NCBI GenBank assembly: GCA_049967655.1
Contig: JBMFSH010000018.1
Span: 1-54,402 of the forward strand
Reading direction: 5' to 3'
Source of the DNA: Acidobacteriota bacterium
GTDB lineage: Bacteria > Acidobacteriota > UBA4820 > DSQY01
Length of the DNA: 54,402 bases
In this document: in pieces, positions 1 through 7,851 of the stretch
Numbering within the stretch: position 1 is the first letter of the stretch
Layout: each line of letters starts with the position of its first letter
Made by a program: the position numbers and the translations under genes
The notes under the pieces: model-generated
Told to the model about the DNA's origin: nothing
What the model saw: the letters and a program-made list of their open reading frames with translations, nothing else
Database searches by the model: none

Positions 1-136
1 CCACGGGCAAAGCCCGATGGGGCCCCACCTCTCCCTTGGCGCCCTCTTCGCCTTCGGCTCGATGGCCCCCAATCCCTTAGTGGGTATGACACCCTTTCCC
101 ACTGTGCGTGATCTGTCGCGCCTTCCAAGGCTATTT

Positions 137-168
137 CCCTCCTCCATCGCGGGATTGGGGAGGGTTTT
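137..168 (+). terminator. Putative intrinsic terminator
   Basis: CCCTCC-TCCATC-GCGG-GATTGG-GGAGGG imperfect stem followed by TTTT. Confidence 0.45.
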
Positions 169-208
169 GGATGGGGGAAGATGGATGACCGATGATGGGC
201 GATGGATG
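169..208 (+). repeat. Degenerate period-7 GATG tract
   Basis: gatgggg gaagatg gatgacc gatgatg ggcgatg gatg; near-identical 15-mer on the minus strand at ~33317-33331. Confidence 0.5.
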
Positions 209-288
209 CGGTTCGGTTGACCGTCGCAGGCAAAACTTCGGCCGCTGTGGCATCGTATAGAGAGCGGCATGGTGAGGATGGAGGTGAG

Positions 289-1209
289 ATGAACGCCATC
301 GAATACGAGAACGTGGCCAAGACCTTCGGGGACGTGCAGGCCGTGCGGCCCCTGTCACTGAGCATACCGTCTGGAGGCGTCTTCGGGCTGCTGGGGCCCA
401 ACGGCGCCGGCAAGAGCACGCTGATGCGTATGACCATGGGGATCTACCTCCCCGATGCCGGATGGATAGGCATTCTCGGCCAGCCGCGCGGTTCCGTGGC
501 AAGCGCCACTTTGGGCTACCTCCCCGAGGAGCGGGGCCTCTACATGAAGATGAAGGTGGGAGAGCTGCTTCGCTTCTTCGGCTGCCTGCGGGGACTCTCC
601 GCGGCCGAGGCCGGCCGGTGCGCCGCCGACGGGTTGAAGCGGCTCGGGCTTTCGCAGTGGGAGGGGCACAAGGTGGACGAGCTGTCCAAGGGCATGCAGC
701 AGAAGATCCAGCTTCTCGTGGCGTTGCAGCACCGGCCCAAGGTGGCCATACTGGACGAACCCTTCTCGGGCCTGGACCCCGTCAACGTGGAGCTCTTCAT
801 GGAGGTCCTGGAAGAGGCCATCGGCCAGGGGACCACCGTGATTCTCTCGACGCACCAGATGGAGCAGGTGGAGAAGCTCTGCCACTCCATCGCGCTCATC
901 AACAAGGGTCAGGTGGTGCTCCACGGAGACGTGGCACAGATCAGGCGCGAGTACGGGTCGAGGGGCGTGCAGGTGCAGTTCTCGGACGGGGCCGCGCTGC
1001 AGGAGTCCCAGTTCGCCGACCTGGCCGAACAGACCCTCCTCATGCCCAACGAGGCTCGGTTCTTTCTCAAGGCCGACGCGCACGCCGGCAAGATCCTGAA
1101 GCGGCTCCTCGAATTGGGGGTGAAGATCTCGAAGTTCGAGGAGGCGCAGGCCTCCATGCACGACATCTTCGTCAAGGTGGTGACGGGGGAGGAGCGCCAT
1201 GCGAACTAA
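289..1209 (+). CDS. ABC-2 type transporter ATP-binding protein (NatA/YhaQ-like)
   Basis: Walker A GPNGAGKS, signature LSKGMQQK, Walker B ILDEP, H-loop STH; start moved to ATG 289 after GGAGGTG SD. Confidence 0.92.
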   Translation: MNAIEYENVAKTFGDVQAVRPLSLSIPSGGVFGLLGPNGAGKSTLMRMTMGIYLPDAGWIGILGQPRGSVASATLGYLPEERGLYMKMKVGELLRFFGCLRGLSAAEAGRCAADGLKRLGLSQWEGHKVDELSKGMQQKIQLLVALQHRPKVAILDEPFSGLDPVNVELFMEVLEEAIGQGTTVILSTHQMEQVEKLCHSIALINKGQVVLHGDVAQIRREYGSRGVQVQFSDGAALQESQFADLAEQTLLMPNEARFFLKADAHAGKILKRLLELGVKISKFEEAQASMHDIFVKVVTGEERHAN

Positions 1210-2488
1210 CTGGCTCAACGTCTACGCCGTCGTGCGGCGCGAGTTTCTGGAGCGCGTGCGAAAAAAGTCCTTCCTGATCATGACCATCCTGACGCCGCTC
1301 CTTTTCGGCGGGCTCATGGTGGGCTCGGTCCTGCTCCAGGTCGTCCAGACCAAGAAGAGCCACGTGGTCGTGGTGGACAAGACCGGCTGGGCGGGGCCCT
1401 TGGTCATCGAGACCGAAAAGCCGGCAAAGGCTGGCGGCGGCCTGGACGCGGAGGCCGAAAAGAGCGTGCGCGATTCGCTGACCCTCGACCTGGCCAAGCC
1501 GGACGAGAAGATGGAGGCCCTCAAGCAGGCCATCGGCGATCAGAAGCTGGACGGAGTCCTCCTCCTGGAGCCCGACGGCCAGGAGGACTTGAAGGCGACC
1601 TACATGGCGCAGAATCTGGCCAACGCCCAGATCCAGGGCCTCCTTCAGGGGCGCGTGAACGAGGCCCTCCTTCAGCACCGCCTGCAGGGCATGGGGCTCG
1701 ATCCGGCCATCGCCCAGAAGCTGAAGGGAAGGGTCGAGCTGGGCATGGTCAAGGTAGAAAAGGGCGGCAAAACGCGCGAGGGCTCGGTCTTCAGCGATTT
1801 CATCAAGCCTTTCCTCCTGGCCATGCTCATCTACATGATGATCATCATGTACGGCGTGGCCATCATGAACGGAGTCCTGGAGGAGAAGAACAGCAAGGTG
1901 GTGGAGGTGATCCTCTCCGCCGTCCGTCCCTTCGAACTGATGATGGGGAAGATCATCGGTATCGCCGCCGTGGGCCTGCTCCAGTACGGCATCTGGTTCC
2001 TCCTCGGTGCCGGTCTCTATCTGGCCAATCCCATGAACCTGCAGGCGCAATCCACGGGTCCCTGGCTCCGGCCCATGGAGATGGTGCTGCTGGTGTTCTA
2101 CTTCCTCTTCGGCTTCGTGTTCTACTCGAGCATCTACGCGGCCGTGGGGGCCGCCTGCACCACCCAGCAGGAGGCCCAGCAGTGGCAGATGCCGGTGACC
2201 ATGTTCCTTATCGTCCCTATCATGCTCATGGTACCCACGATCCAGAACCCCAATGCTCCCTGGGTCGTCGTCATGAGCCTGATTCCGCTCTGTACGCCCA
2301 TCACCATGCTGCTCAGGGTCTCCGTGGTGGACGTGCCGCTCTGGCAGATCGCCGCCAGCGTCGTGAGCCTTGTGGGGGGGACGGTGGTGGTGGCCTGGGC
2401 GGCGGCGAGGGTCTACCGGGTGGGCATCCTGATGACTGGAAAGAGGCCTTCCATCCCCGAGGTGATCCGCTGGGTGAGGGCGGGGTGA
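1199..2488 (+). CDS. ABC-2 type transporter permease (NatB/YhaP-like)
   Basis: N-terminal RREFLERVRKKSF plus TM, large periplasmic loop, EEKNSKVVEVILS motif, several C-terminal TMs; overlaps the ATPase stop. Confidence 0.92.
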   Translation: MRTNWLNVYAVVRREFLERVRKKSFLIMTILTPLLFGGLMVGSVLLQVVQTKKSHVVVVDKTGWAGPLVIETEKPAKAGGGLDAEAEKSVRDSLTLDLAKPDEKMEALKQAIGDQKLDGVLLLEPDGQEDLKATYMAQNLANAQIQGLLQGRVNEALLQHRLQGMGLDPAIAQKLKGRVELGMVKVEKGGKTREGSVFSDFIKPFLLAMLIYMMIIMYGVAIMNGVLEEKNSKVVEVILSAVRPFELMMGKIIGIAAVGLLQYGIWFLLGAGLYLANPMNLQAQSTGPWLRPMEMVLLVFYFLFGFVFYSSIYAAVGAACTTQQEAQQWQMPVTMFLIVPIMLMVPTIQNPNAPWVVVMSLIPLCTPITMLLRVSVVDVPLWQIAASVVSLVGGTVVVAWAAARVYRVGILMTGKRPSIPEVIRWVRAG

Positions 2489-2588
2489 GGGAAGTGAAAA
2501 GTGAAAAACTAGGCGTGATGAGCGACCGGGCATCACGAAATCAGGGGAAGACTTTCTGGAGAACGCCGACCCGTGTATCCTTGAACCC

Positions 2589-3047
2589 ATGAGAGGGTTG
2601 CTGGCGCTCCTCCAGAGACTTTTCCCCTCGGCCATCGCGGGCGTGGAGGTGCAACCAAGGCGGAAGGCGGCAGCGCTGGCCGTGGCCGTCTTCTGCGACC
2701 TGGCGCAGATCGTCTTCTTCCCCCTGTTCTTCGAGGGGGCGGCCTCCCCCTGGGACCTGATGCTGGACTTGGTCACGGCCGCACTGCTCTGGGGGATCCT
2801 GGGCTTCCGGGCGAGGCTGGCACTGGGCTTCGTGGCGGAACTCCTGCCGGGCTTCGATCTCTTCCCCACCTGGACGGCCCTGGTCATGAGCCTTCCGACT
2901 GGCTCTGAAGGGGCACAAGCACGCCCGGGGTCGGCAGCGGTGCGGTCAGCCCCGCAGGTCCACCCGCCAGCGGCGAGGCAGGCCGGCGAGGCGGCAGGCC
3001 CGCTTCCAACGCCCCCTGGAGATGGCCCGGCGGATCGCGGGCAGTGA
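2589..3047 (+). CDS. Hypothetical small membrane protein
   Basis: Hydrophobic segments (AVFCDLAQIVFFPLF; FVAELLPGFDLFPTWT); Pro/Ala-rich tail overlaps the patatin 3' end. Confidence 0.65.
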   Translation: MRGLLALLQRLFPSAIAGVEVQPRRKAAALAVAVFCDLAQIVFFPLFFEGAASPWDLMLDLVTAALLWGILGFRARLALGFVAELLPGFDLFPTWTALVMSLPTGSEGAQARPGSAAVRSAPQVHPPAARQAGEAAGPLPTPPGDGPADRGQ

Positions 3048-3902
3048 GGCCCTAGCGGCCTCCTCTCCCTTCGGTACAATCGCGGCCAGCGCGGCGAAGT
3101 CCGCCCAGTGGAACGGCTGAACTTCCGGCCGGATCACCACGTCCGCGAAGCGCATCTGCAGCCGCTTCAGCGTCTCCGCCGTGATGGCGCCGGCACGCGT
3201 GCTGATGGCGGTGCCGCGCCGGCTGAACTCCTGCGAGTCCTTCACGTCGGAGGAGACGTCCACGGCGATCACCACGTCGGCTCCCAACCGGAAAGCCACC
3301 TCGACCGGCACCTTATCCACAAAGCCGCCGTCTACCAGCTCCTTGCCGTCCATCGAGACCGGTGGAAAGATTCCGGCGATTGCGCTGCTGGCCTGCACGG
3401 CCTTTCGGGCCGGGCCGGAGGTGAGAACCACCTCCTGGCCGCTGACCAGGTCCGTGGCGACCAGGGCGATGGGAGTGGGGGACTCCTCGAGGAGGCAGTC
3501 CGGGATGATGGCCGCAACGTCGTGCTCGAACTGAGCCGGGTCGATGTAGCTCTCCTTGAAGAGCGTGGTGGCGAAGAAGACCCCTATCTTGTAAAAGCGT
3601 TTCATGGTGCTGACCAGGCCCCTGTCGTCCGACTCAATGGGGGTCATGGTCTGGAGGTCCAGGTAGGGATCCGACTTGAAGTAGGGCGAGCTCGTAAACT
3701 CCGCCATGCGGAGTTCAGCGTCCCTCGCGTTTCCGTAGAGAGCGTAGAGTGTCCCCACCATGGCGCCCATGCTGCAGCCCACGATGAGGTCCACCGGCAC
3801 CCGTTCCGCCTCGAGCACCTTCAGCACGCCCAGGTGTGCCAACCCGCGCGCCGCGCCCCCCCCGAGGACGAGCCCCACCTTCGGGCTCAGCGGGCCCCTC
3901 AT
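2946..3902 (-). CDS. Patatin-like phospholipase (RssA/NTE family)
   Basis: GGGAARG oxyanion loop, GCSMG nucleophile elbow, ASSAI, DGG catalytic Asp. Confidence 0.93.
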   Translation of the reverse strand: MRGPLSPKVGLVLGGGAARGLAHLGVLKVLEAERVPVDLIVGCSMGAMVGTLYALYGNARDAELRMAEFTSSPYFKSDPYLDLQTMTPIESDDRGLVSTMKRFYKIGVFFATTLFKESYIDPAQFEHDVAAIIPDCLLEESPTPIALVATDLVSGQEVVLTSGPARKAVQASSAIAGIFPPVSMDGKELVDGGFVDKVPVEVAFRLGADVVIAVDVSSDVKDSQEFSRRGTAISTRAGAITAETLKRLQMRFADVVIRPEVQPFHWADFAALAAIVPKGEEAARASLPAIRRAISRGRWKRACRLAGLPRRWRVDLRG

Positions 3903-4672
3903 GGATTCCCTCCGGAGGCTCCTTCAAAGGCCTCCGGGCCGGCTTCATCCGTGAGGCGAAGGAAAAGCTGTTCGAGGCTGCTTTCGGGCTGCTGGGCCAG
4001 TTCCTGGAGGTGGGAGAAGTCGCCCTCGGCGATGAGCTTGCCGTGGTGAAGGATACCGATGCGGTGGGCCAGCTCGGCGGCCAGGTCAAGAGAATGGGTG
4101 GAAAGAAAGAGCCCCACGCCCTCGCCCGCCAGGCGCAGGAAGAGCGCCCTCACGTCCCTGGCGCTGCGGGGATCAAGCCCCACCATGGGCTCGTCCACCA
4201 GCAGGAGCTCCGGCCGGTGGAGCAGTGCCCCCGTGATGACGAGTTTCTGGCGCATGCCGTGGGAGTATCCCTCAATGAGCTGGTGCCTCCAGTCGGTCAG
4301 GCGGAACAAGGCCAGCAGATCTTCGGCCCCGGATTGCCAGCCCGACAAGCCGTGAATCCGCGCGAGGAACTCGAGGTGTTCCCACCCCGTGAGCTTCTCG
4401 TAGAGAAAGGGCCTGTCGGGAACGTATCCCAGACGCCGACGGAACTCCAGGGCATCCGGAAGCACTGGGTAGCCGCCTACCCGAATCTCCCCGGCCTCGG
4501 GGCGGAGGAGCCCGGCCACCGTCTTGAGGGTGGTTGTCTTCCCGGCTCCGTTGGGGCCCAGAAAGGCGTAGATTTCCCCGCGGGCGACGGAGAGCGAGAG
4601 ATCCCGCACGGCCTCCAGCCGTCCGTACCGCTTGCTGAGGCCCAGGATGGAGAGTGCCGGGCCTTCGTTCAT
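3899..4672 (-). CDS. ABC transporter ATP-binding protein
   Basis: GPNGAGKT, YSHGMRQK, LLVDEP, STH; start MNEGPAL overlaps the upstream stop (4 bp). Confidence 0.9.
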   Translation of the reverse strand: MNEGPALSILGLSKRYGRLEAVRDLSLSVARGEIYAFLGPNGAGKTTTLKTVAGLLRPEAGEIRVGGYPVLPDALEFRRRLGYVPDRPFLYEKLTGWEHLEFLARIHGLSGWQSGAEDLLALFRLTDWRHQLIEGYSHGMRQKLVITGALLHRPELLLVDEPMVGLDPRSARDVRALFLRLAGEGVGLFLSTHSLDLAAELAHRIGILHHGKLIAEGDFSHLQELAQQPESSLEQLFLRLTDEAGPEAFEGASGGNP

Positions 4673-5295
4673 GGTGCGCGCTTGGGAACCGGGGGATGGC
4701 CTCGGAGCGGTACGGGCGGCCGGCCTTCCAGGTGAATGCTCTTGGGTTCGGTAGGGCACGCGTGGTAACAGAAGGCGCAACCCGTGCAGCGGTCGGGGTG
4801 GATCTGGATGCCCCCAGTGGGGATGGCCTCAATGGCTGGAGCGCCTTCGGGGCACGCCTCCACGCAGAGCGTGCAGGCTATCTTCTCCGTGGACAGGCAG
4901 GTCTCCGCGTGCCAGATGGCCCGCCCCATGCGCCGGTCCTCATGGGGCAGGAGGGCCTTGTCGGGGCAGGCCTCTATGCACCGTCCGCACTCGGTACAGG
5001 GTCCCAGGCCGGGATTCACGATGGGCGTGCCCTGGCCCATGAGAGGGTCTGTGGCCTTGATAATAATGCGTTCGGGGCAGGCTTCCACGCACAAGTCGCA
5101 CCGCGTGCAGCGGGTTAGGAAAGTGGGCTCGAGCGGGGCGCCCGGAGGGCGGAAGAAGGTGAACGGTATGGTCTTGGGTGCCGTTCCGGCGCGGTCCGCC
5201 GTCCAGCCCTCGCGCAGAGTTTGTGCCGCCTCGGCCCCCGCGTCGAGAAAAAAGAGTTTTCGGAGAAAGCCGCCCCGGTCCAGTTCGCCCGCCAT
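4669..5295 (-). CDS. Multi-[4Fe-4S] ferredoxin-type protein (NapG/NapF/MauM-like)
   Basis: RPPGA motif; CTRCDLCVEACP, CTECGRCIEACP, C..CTLCVEACP, CTGCAFCYHACP. Confidence 0.88.
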   Translation of the reverse strand: MAGELDRGGFLRKLFFLDAGAEAAQTLREGWTADRAGTAPKTIPFTFFRPPGAPLEPTFLTRCTRCDLCVEACPERIIIKATDPLMGQGTPIVNPGLGPCTECGRCIEACPDKALLPHEDRRMGRAIWHAETCLSTEKIACTLCVEACPEGAPAIEAIPTGGIQIHPDRCTGCAFCYHACPTEPKSIHLEGRPPVPLRGHPPVPKRAP

Positions 5296-5408
5296 GGTAG
5301 AAATCATACACCCAACGGCGCGGAGGGGAAGAAGGCAAGGGCGGAGGAACTCCACGAGTTCCCCCGCCCGGTCACAGGAAGCGCCAATGAGATTCGCGCC
5401 TTGGCCCG

Positions 5409-5774
5409 CTAGCTTCGGTGAACGCTCTCCACGCGCACGCGGGGAACGCCGGATTTGGCCTCGAGAAGGCCCTGAACGCGGAACCAGTCGTCGCGGTTGG
5501 CCATCTTCTCGGCTTCCTGGAAGGCCTTGGGAGCGGCCGGATCCATGGCGAGCTCGTAGTACCTGCCGGTGGCGGTGACGAGTCCTAGGGTGCGATGAAG
5601 GTCGTTCTTGGCCTTCTGTTGTTCGGGTCCGACCTTCATGGTTTCGATCTGGCCGTCGATGGTGAGCGCCTTGGGATAGGCCCTGGAAACCTGTGCCGCC
5701 AGCAAGGCAGGGGAGAGGCCCACTATCGTCGCCAGGGTTACGCCTCCGAGCAGCTTGGCAAATGTGGTCTTCAT
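5409..5774 (-). CDS. Small secreted hypothetical protein
   Basis: AAGGAGG SD; Sec-type signal MKTTFAKLLGGVTLATIVGLSPALLA; GC3-biased codons. Confidence 0.75.
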   Translation of the reverse strand: MKTTFAKLLGGVTLATIVGLSPALLAAQVSRAYPKALTIDGQIETMKVGPEQQKAKNDLHRTLGLVTATGRYYELAMDPAAPKAFQEAEKMANRDDWFRVQGLLEAKSGVPRVRVESVHRS

Positions 5775-5803
5775 GGTGAAGGCCCTCCTTTCGCTGCCCC
5801 ACA

Positions 5804-5819
5804 TGAAATTGTTATGCCA
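5804..5819 (-). promoter_or_regulatory. Possible sigma-54 promoter (imperfect -12)
   Basis: Minus strand TGGCAT-AACAA-TTTCA versus consensus TGGCAC-N5-TTGCA, 30 nt before the ATG, with an AT-rich tract upstream. Confidence 0.3.
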
Positions 5820-5988
5820 ACGGCGTGACTTTCATTAATAGCCTGATAATAGTGGATTATGGCGCGATCGTCAGGCTGCCAACACGCTCGCTATGGCCGG
5901 CCATTCCGGCCAAGGAGGGGCCGGGTGGCACGAGGAGCTCGGATTCTTGATTCGTTTCGTGTGCTAGACTCGACGACAGGAGGAGAAG

Positions 5989-7092
5989 ATGAATCAGGAG
6001 GGCCTGCGCCAGCTGCGGGAGGGTGAGAACTTCGAGGGGGTTCTCTGGCTGGTCTCGGGAGCAGTGCGCAAGACGAAGAACGGCGATCCTTACTGGGAGG
6101 GCACCTTCCAGGACGCCACCGGGTCCATGTCCGGAAAGCTCTGGGATAGCTCCGGCGGCAAGAGCGGGCGGGTGGCGGCAAGCGAGCCCCTACTCAAGCC
6201 CGGGGGACCCATCCGCCTGAGGGCCCGAGTGGAGGCCTTCCAGGGCTCGACGCAGCTCAACCTCCAGGCGGTCTGGCCCGTGGAGCGCGGTTCGGTGGAC
6301 CCCTCCCTGTTCGCGCCGCGCAGCCGTCGAACCACCGACGAGATGGTCGCGGAGTTTGAGGGCCTCATCCGATCCATGCGGGACGTGGACTACCGTGCCC
6401 TGCTGGAGAGCCTCCTGACCGACGGGGAGGTCTTCCCCCTCCTCTGCGCCGGTCCCGCGGCCAAGGCCATTCACCATCCTTGGGTCGGAGGACTGCTGGA
6501 GCACTCCCTCTCCCTGGCCAGGGGCGTCCGCGCCCTCGCCCCCAACTACCCCGGGCTCAACGTGGACCTTCTCCTCTGCGGCTGCTTCCTGCACGACATC
6601 GGCAAGATCTACGAAATCTCTTCCGATCCCGGCTTCGAGTACACCACCGACGGCAAGCTCCTGGGCCACATCTACATGGGTGCGAGGCTGACCGAGCGGT
6701 TGTGTGACGGCTGTCCCGCCTTTCCAGCGGAGAAGCGGCGCCACCTCGTTCACCTGGTGCTCAGCCACCAAGGGGATCGCAACCTGGGCTTCGGGAGCGC
6801 CGCCGATCCCTCTACCCCGGAGGCCATCTTCTTCCATCACCTGGATAACCTGGACGCCAAGCTCCAGCACTGCCTGACGGCGCTGGAGGGGGCGGACGAG
6901 GCGGGGGCCGCCGGCGAGTTTACGTCGCCCTGGAACGGCCCCATCCGCAAGAGCTATTATCGGGTCCGCCCCGGCGGAGGCGGGGGAAGCGAACGGCGAA
7001 AGACCGAACCGGCGGGGCCGCCGCCCCAGGCCGAAGAGGTGGAGCGTGGTGGAGACGAAGACGAGCGAACCCCCCAGCCCAGGCTCTGGTGA
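5989..7092 (+). CDS. yhaM: 3'-5' exoribonuclease YhaM/Cbf1 family (OB fold + HD domain)
   Basis: KTKNGDPY..FQDATG OB fold; PAAKAIHH.WVGGLLEHS; LHDIGK; GKLLGHI; LSHQG; HHLDNLDAK. Confidence 0.9.
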   Translation: MNQEGLRQLREGENFEGVLWLVSGAVRKTKNGDPYWEGTFQDATGSMSGKLWDSSGGKSGRVAASEPLLKPGGPIRLRARVEAFQGSTQLNLQAVWPVERGSVDPSLFAPRSRRTTDEMVAEFEGLIRSMRDVDYRALLESLLTDGEVFPLLCAGPAAKAIHHPWVGGLLEHSLSLARGVRALAPNYPGLNVDLLLCGCFLHDIGKIYEISSDPGFEYTTDGKLLGHIYMGARLTERLCDGCPAFPAEKRRHLVHLVLSHQGDRNLGFGSAADPSTPEAIFFHHLDNLDAKLQHCLTALEGADEAGAAGEFTSPWNGPIRKSYYRVRPGGGGGSERRKTEPAGPPPQAEEVERGGDEDERTPQPRLW

Positions 7093-7315
7093 CCTCCTCC
7101 TGGACCTGCGCGGCCTTCTCTGTCCGATGCCCGTCGTGAAAACCTCGGCGCAGCTGACGGAAATGAGGCCCGGCCAGCTTCTGGAGGTGCTGGCCGACGA
7201 CCAGGGCGTGAAGGCGGATTTCCCGGCCCTGTGCGCGAGCACCGGTCACGACTGGCTCGGGTACCGGCAGGAGGGCCGCGTGGTGCGCAGTTTCCTGCGC
7301 CGAAAGCAGGGCTGA
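7046..7315 (+). CDS. Sulfur-carrier TusA/SirA family protein
   Basis: LDLRGLLCPMPVVKT (CPxP persulfide motif), LEVLADD..VKADFPA; exact start uncertain. Confidence 0.88.
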   Translation: MVETKTSEPPSPGSGDLLLDLRGLLCPMPVVKTSAQLTEMRPGQLLEVLADDQGVKADFPALCASTGHDWLGYRQEGRVVRSFLRRKQG

Positions 7316-7368
7316 GGTCCCGCGCCGCCGAGCGGATGCGGCCGGCCTCGGCAAGGAGAGGTCAGGGC

Positions 7369-7806
7369 ATGGAAGGATTGAAGCTGCGCCCCCTGGGCGC
7401 CAACGATCTCATCGACGTGTTCTCGCTCTGGAAGGATTCGGGCCTTCCCTTCAAGCCGAAGGGAAGAGATTCCATCGGCCTCATGACCCAGGAGCTGGCG
7501 GGCGGCTCCACCTTCCTCGTGGGCGCCTTCGTGGGCGAGGCCATGATAGGCGTGGCCCTGGGCACCGACGATGGCCGCAAGGGCTGGATCAACCGGATGG
7601 CGGTCCGCCCCGCCTACCGCCGCAAGGGTGTGGCCAAGGCGCTGGTGGACTACTGCGAACAGGTCTTCCGAAAGCGGCAGAGGGTCCTCTGCTGCTGCCT
7701 CATCGAAGATTGGAACGAAGCCAGCATGGCGCTCTTCGAGGCGGAGGGCTACGAGAAGCGCGCCGACATCCTCTACTTCCGCAAGATGCTGCAGGCCGAG
7801 GAGTAG
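7369..7806 (+). CDS. GNAT N-acetyltransferase (YpeA-like)
   Basis: DGRKGWINRMAVRPAYRRKGVAKAL acetyl-CoA motif; N..S..LFEAEGY; AAGGAG SD. Confidence 0.9.
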   Translation: MEGLKLRPLGANDLIDVFSLWKDSGLPFKPKGRDSIGLMTQELAGGSTFLVGAFVGEAMIGVALGTDDGRKGWINRMAVRPAYRRKGVAKALVDYCEQVFRKRQRVLCCCLIEDWNEASMALFEAEGYEKRADILYFRKMLQAEE

Positions 7807-7851
7807 CCTCCGCCTTGGGCGGCGCGAGCCTCCGGGGCAAAGGATTCCACC

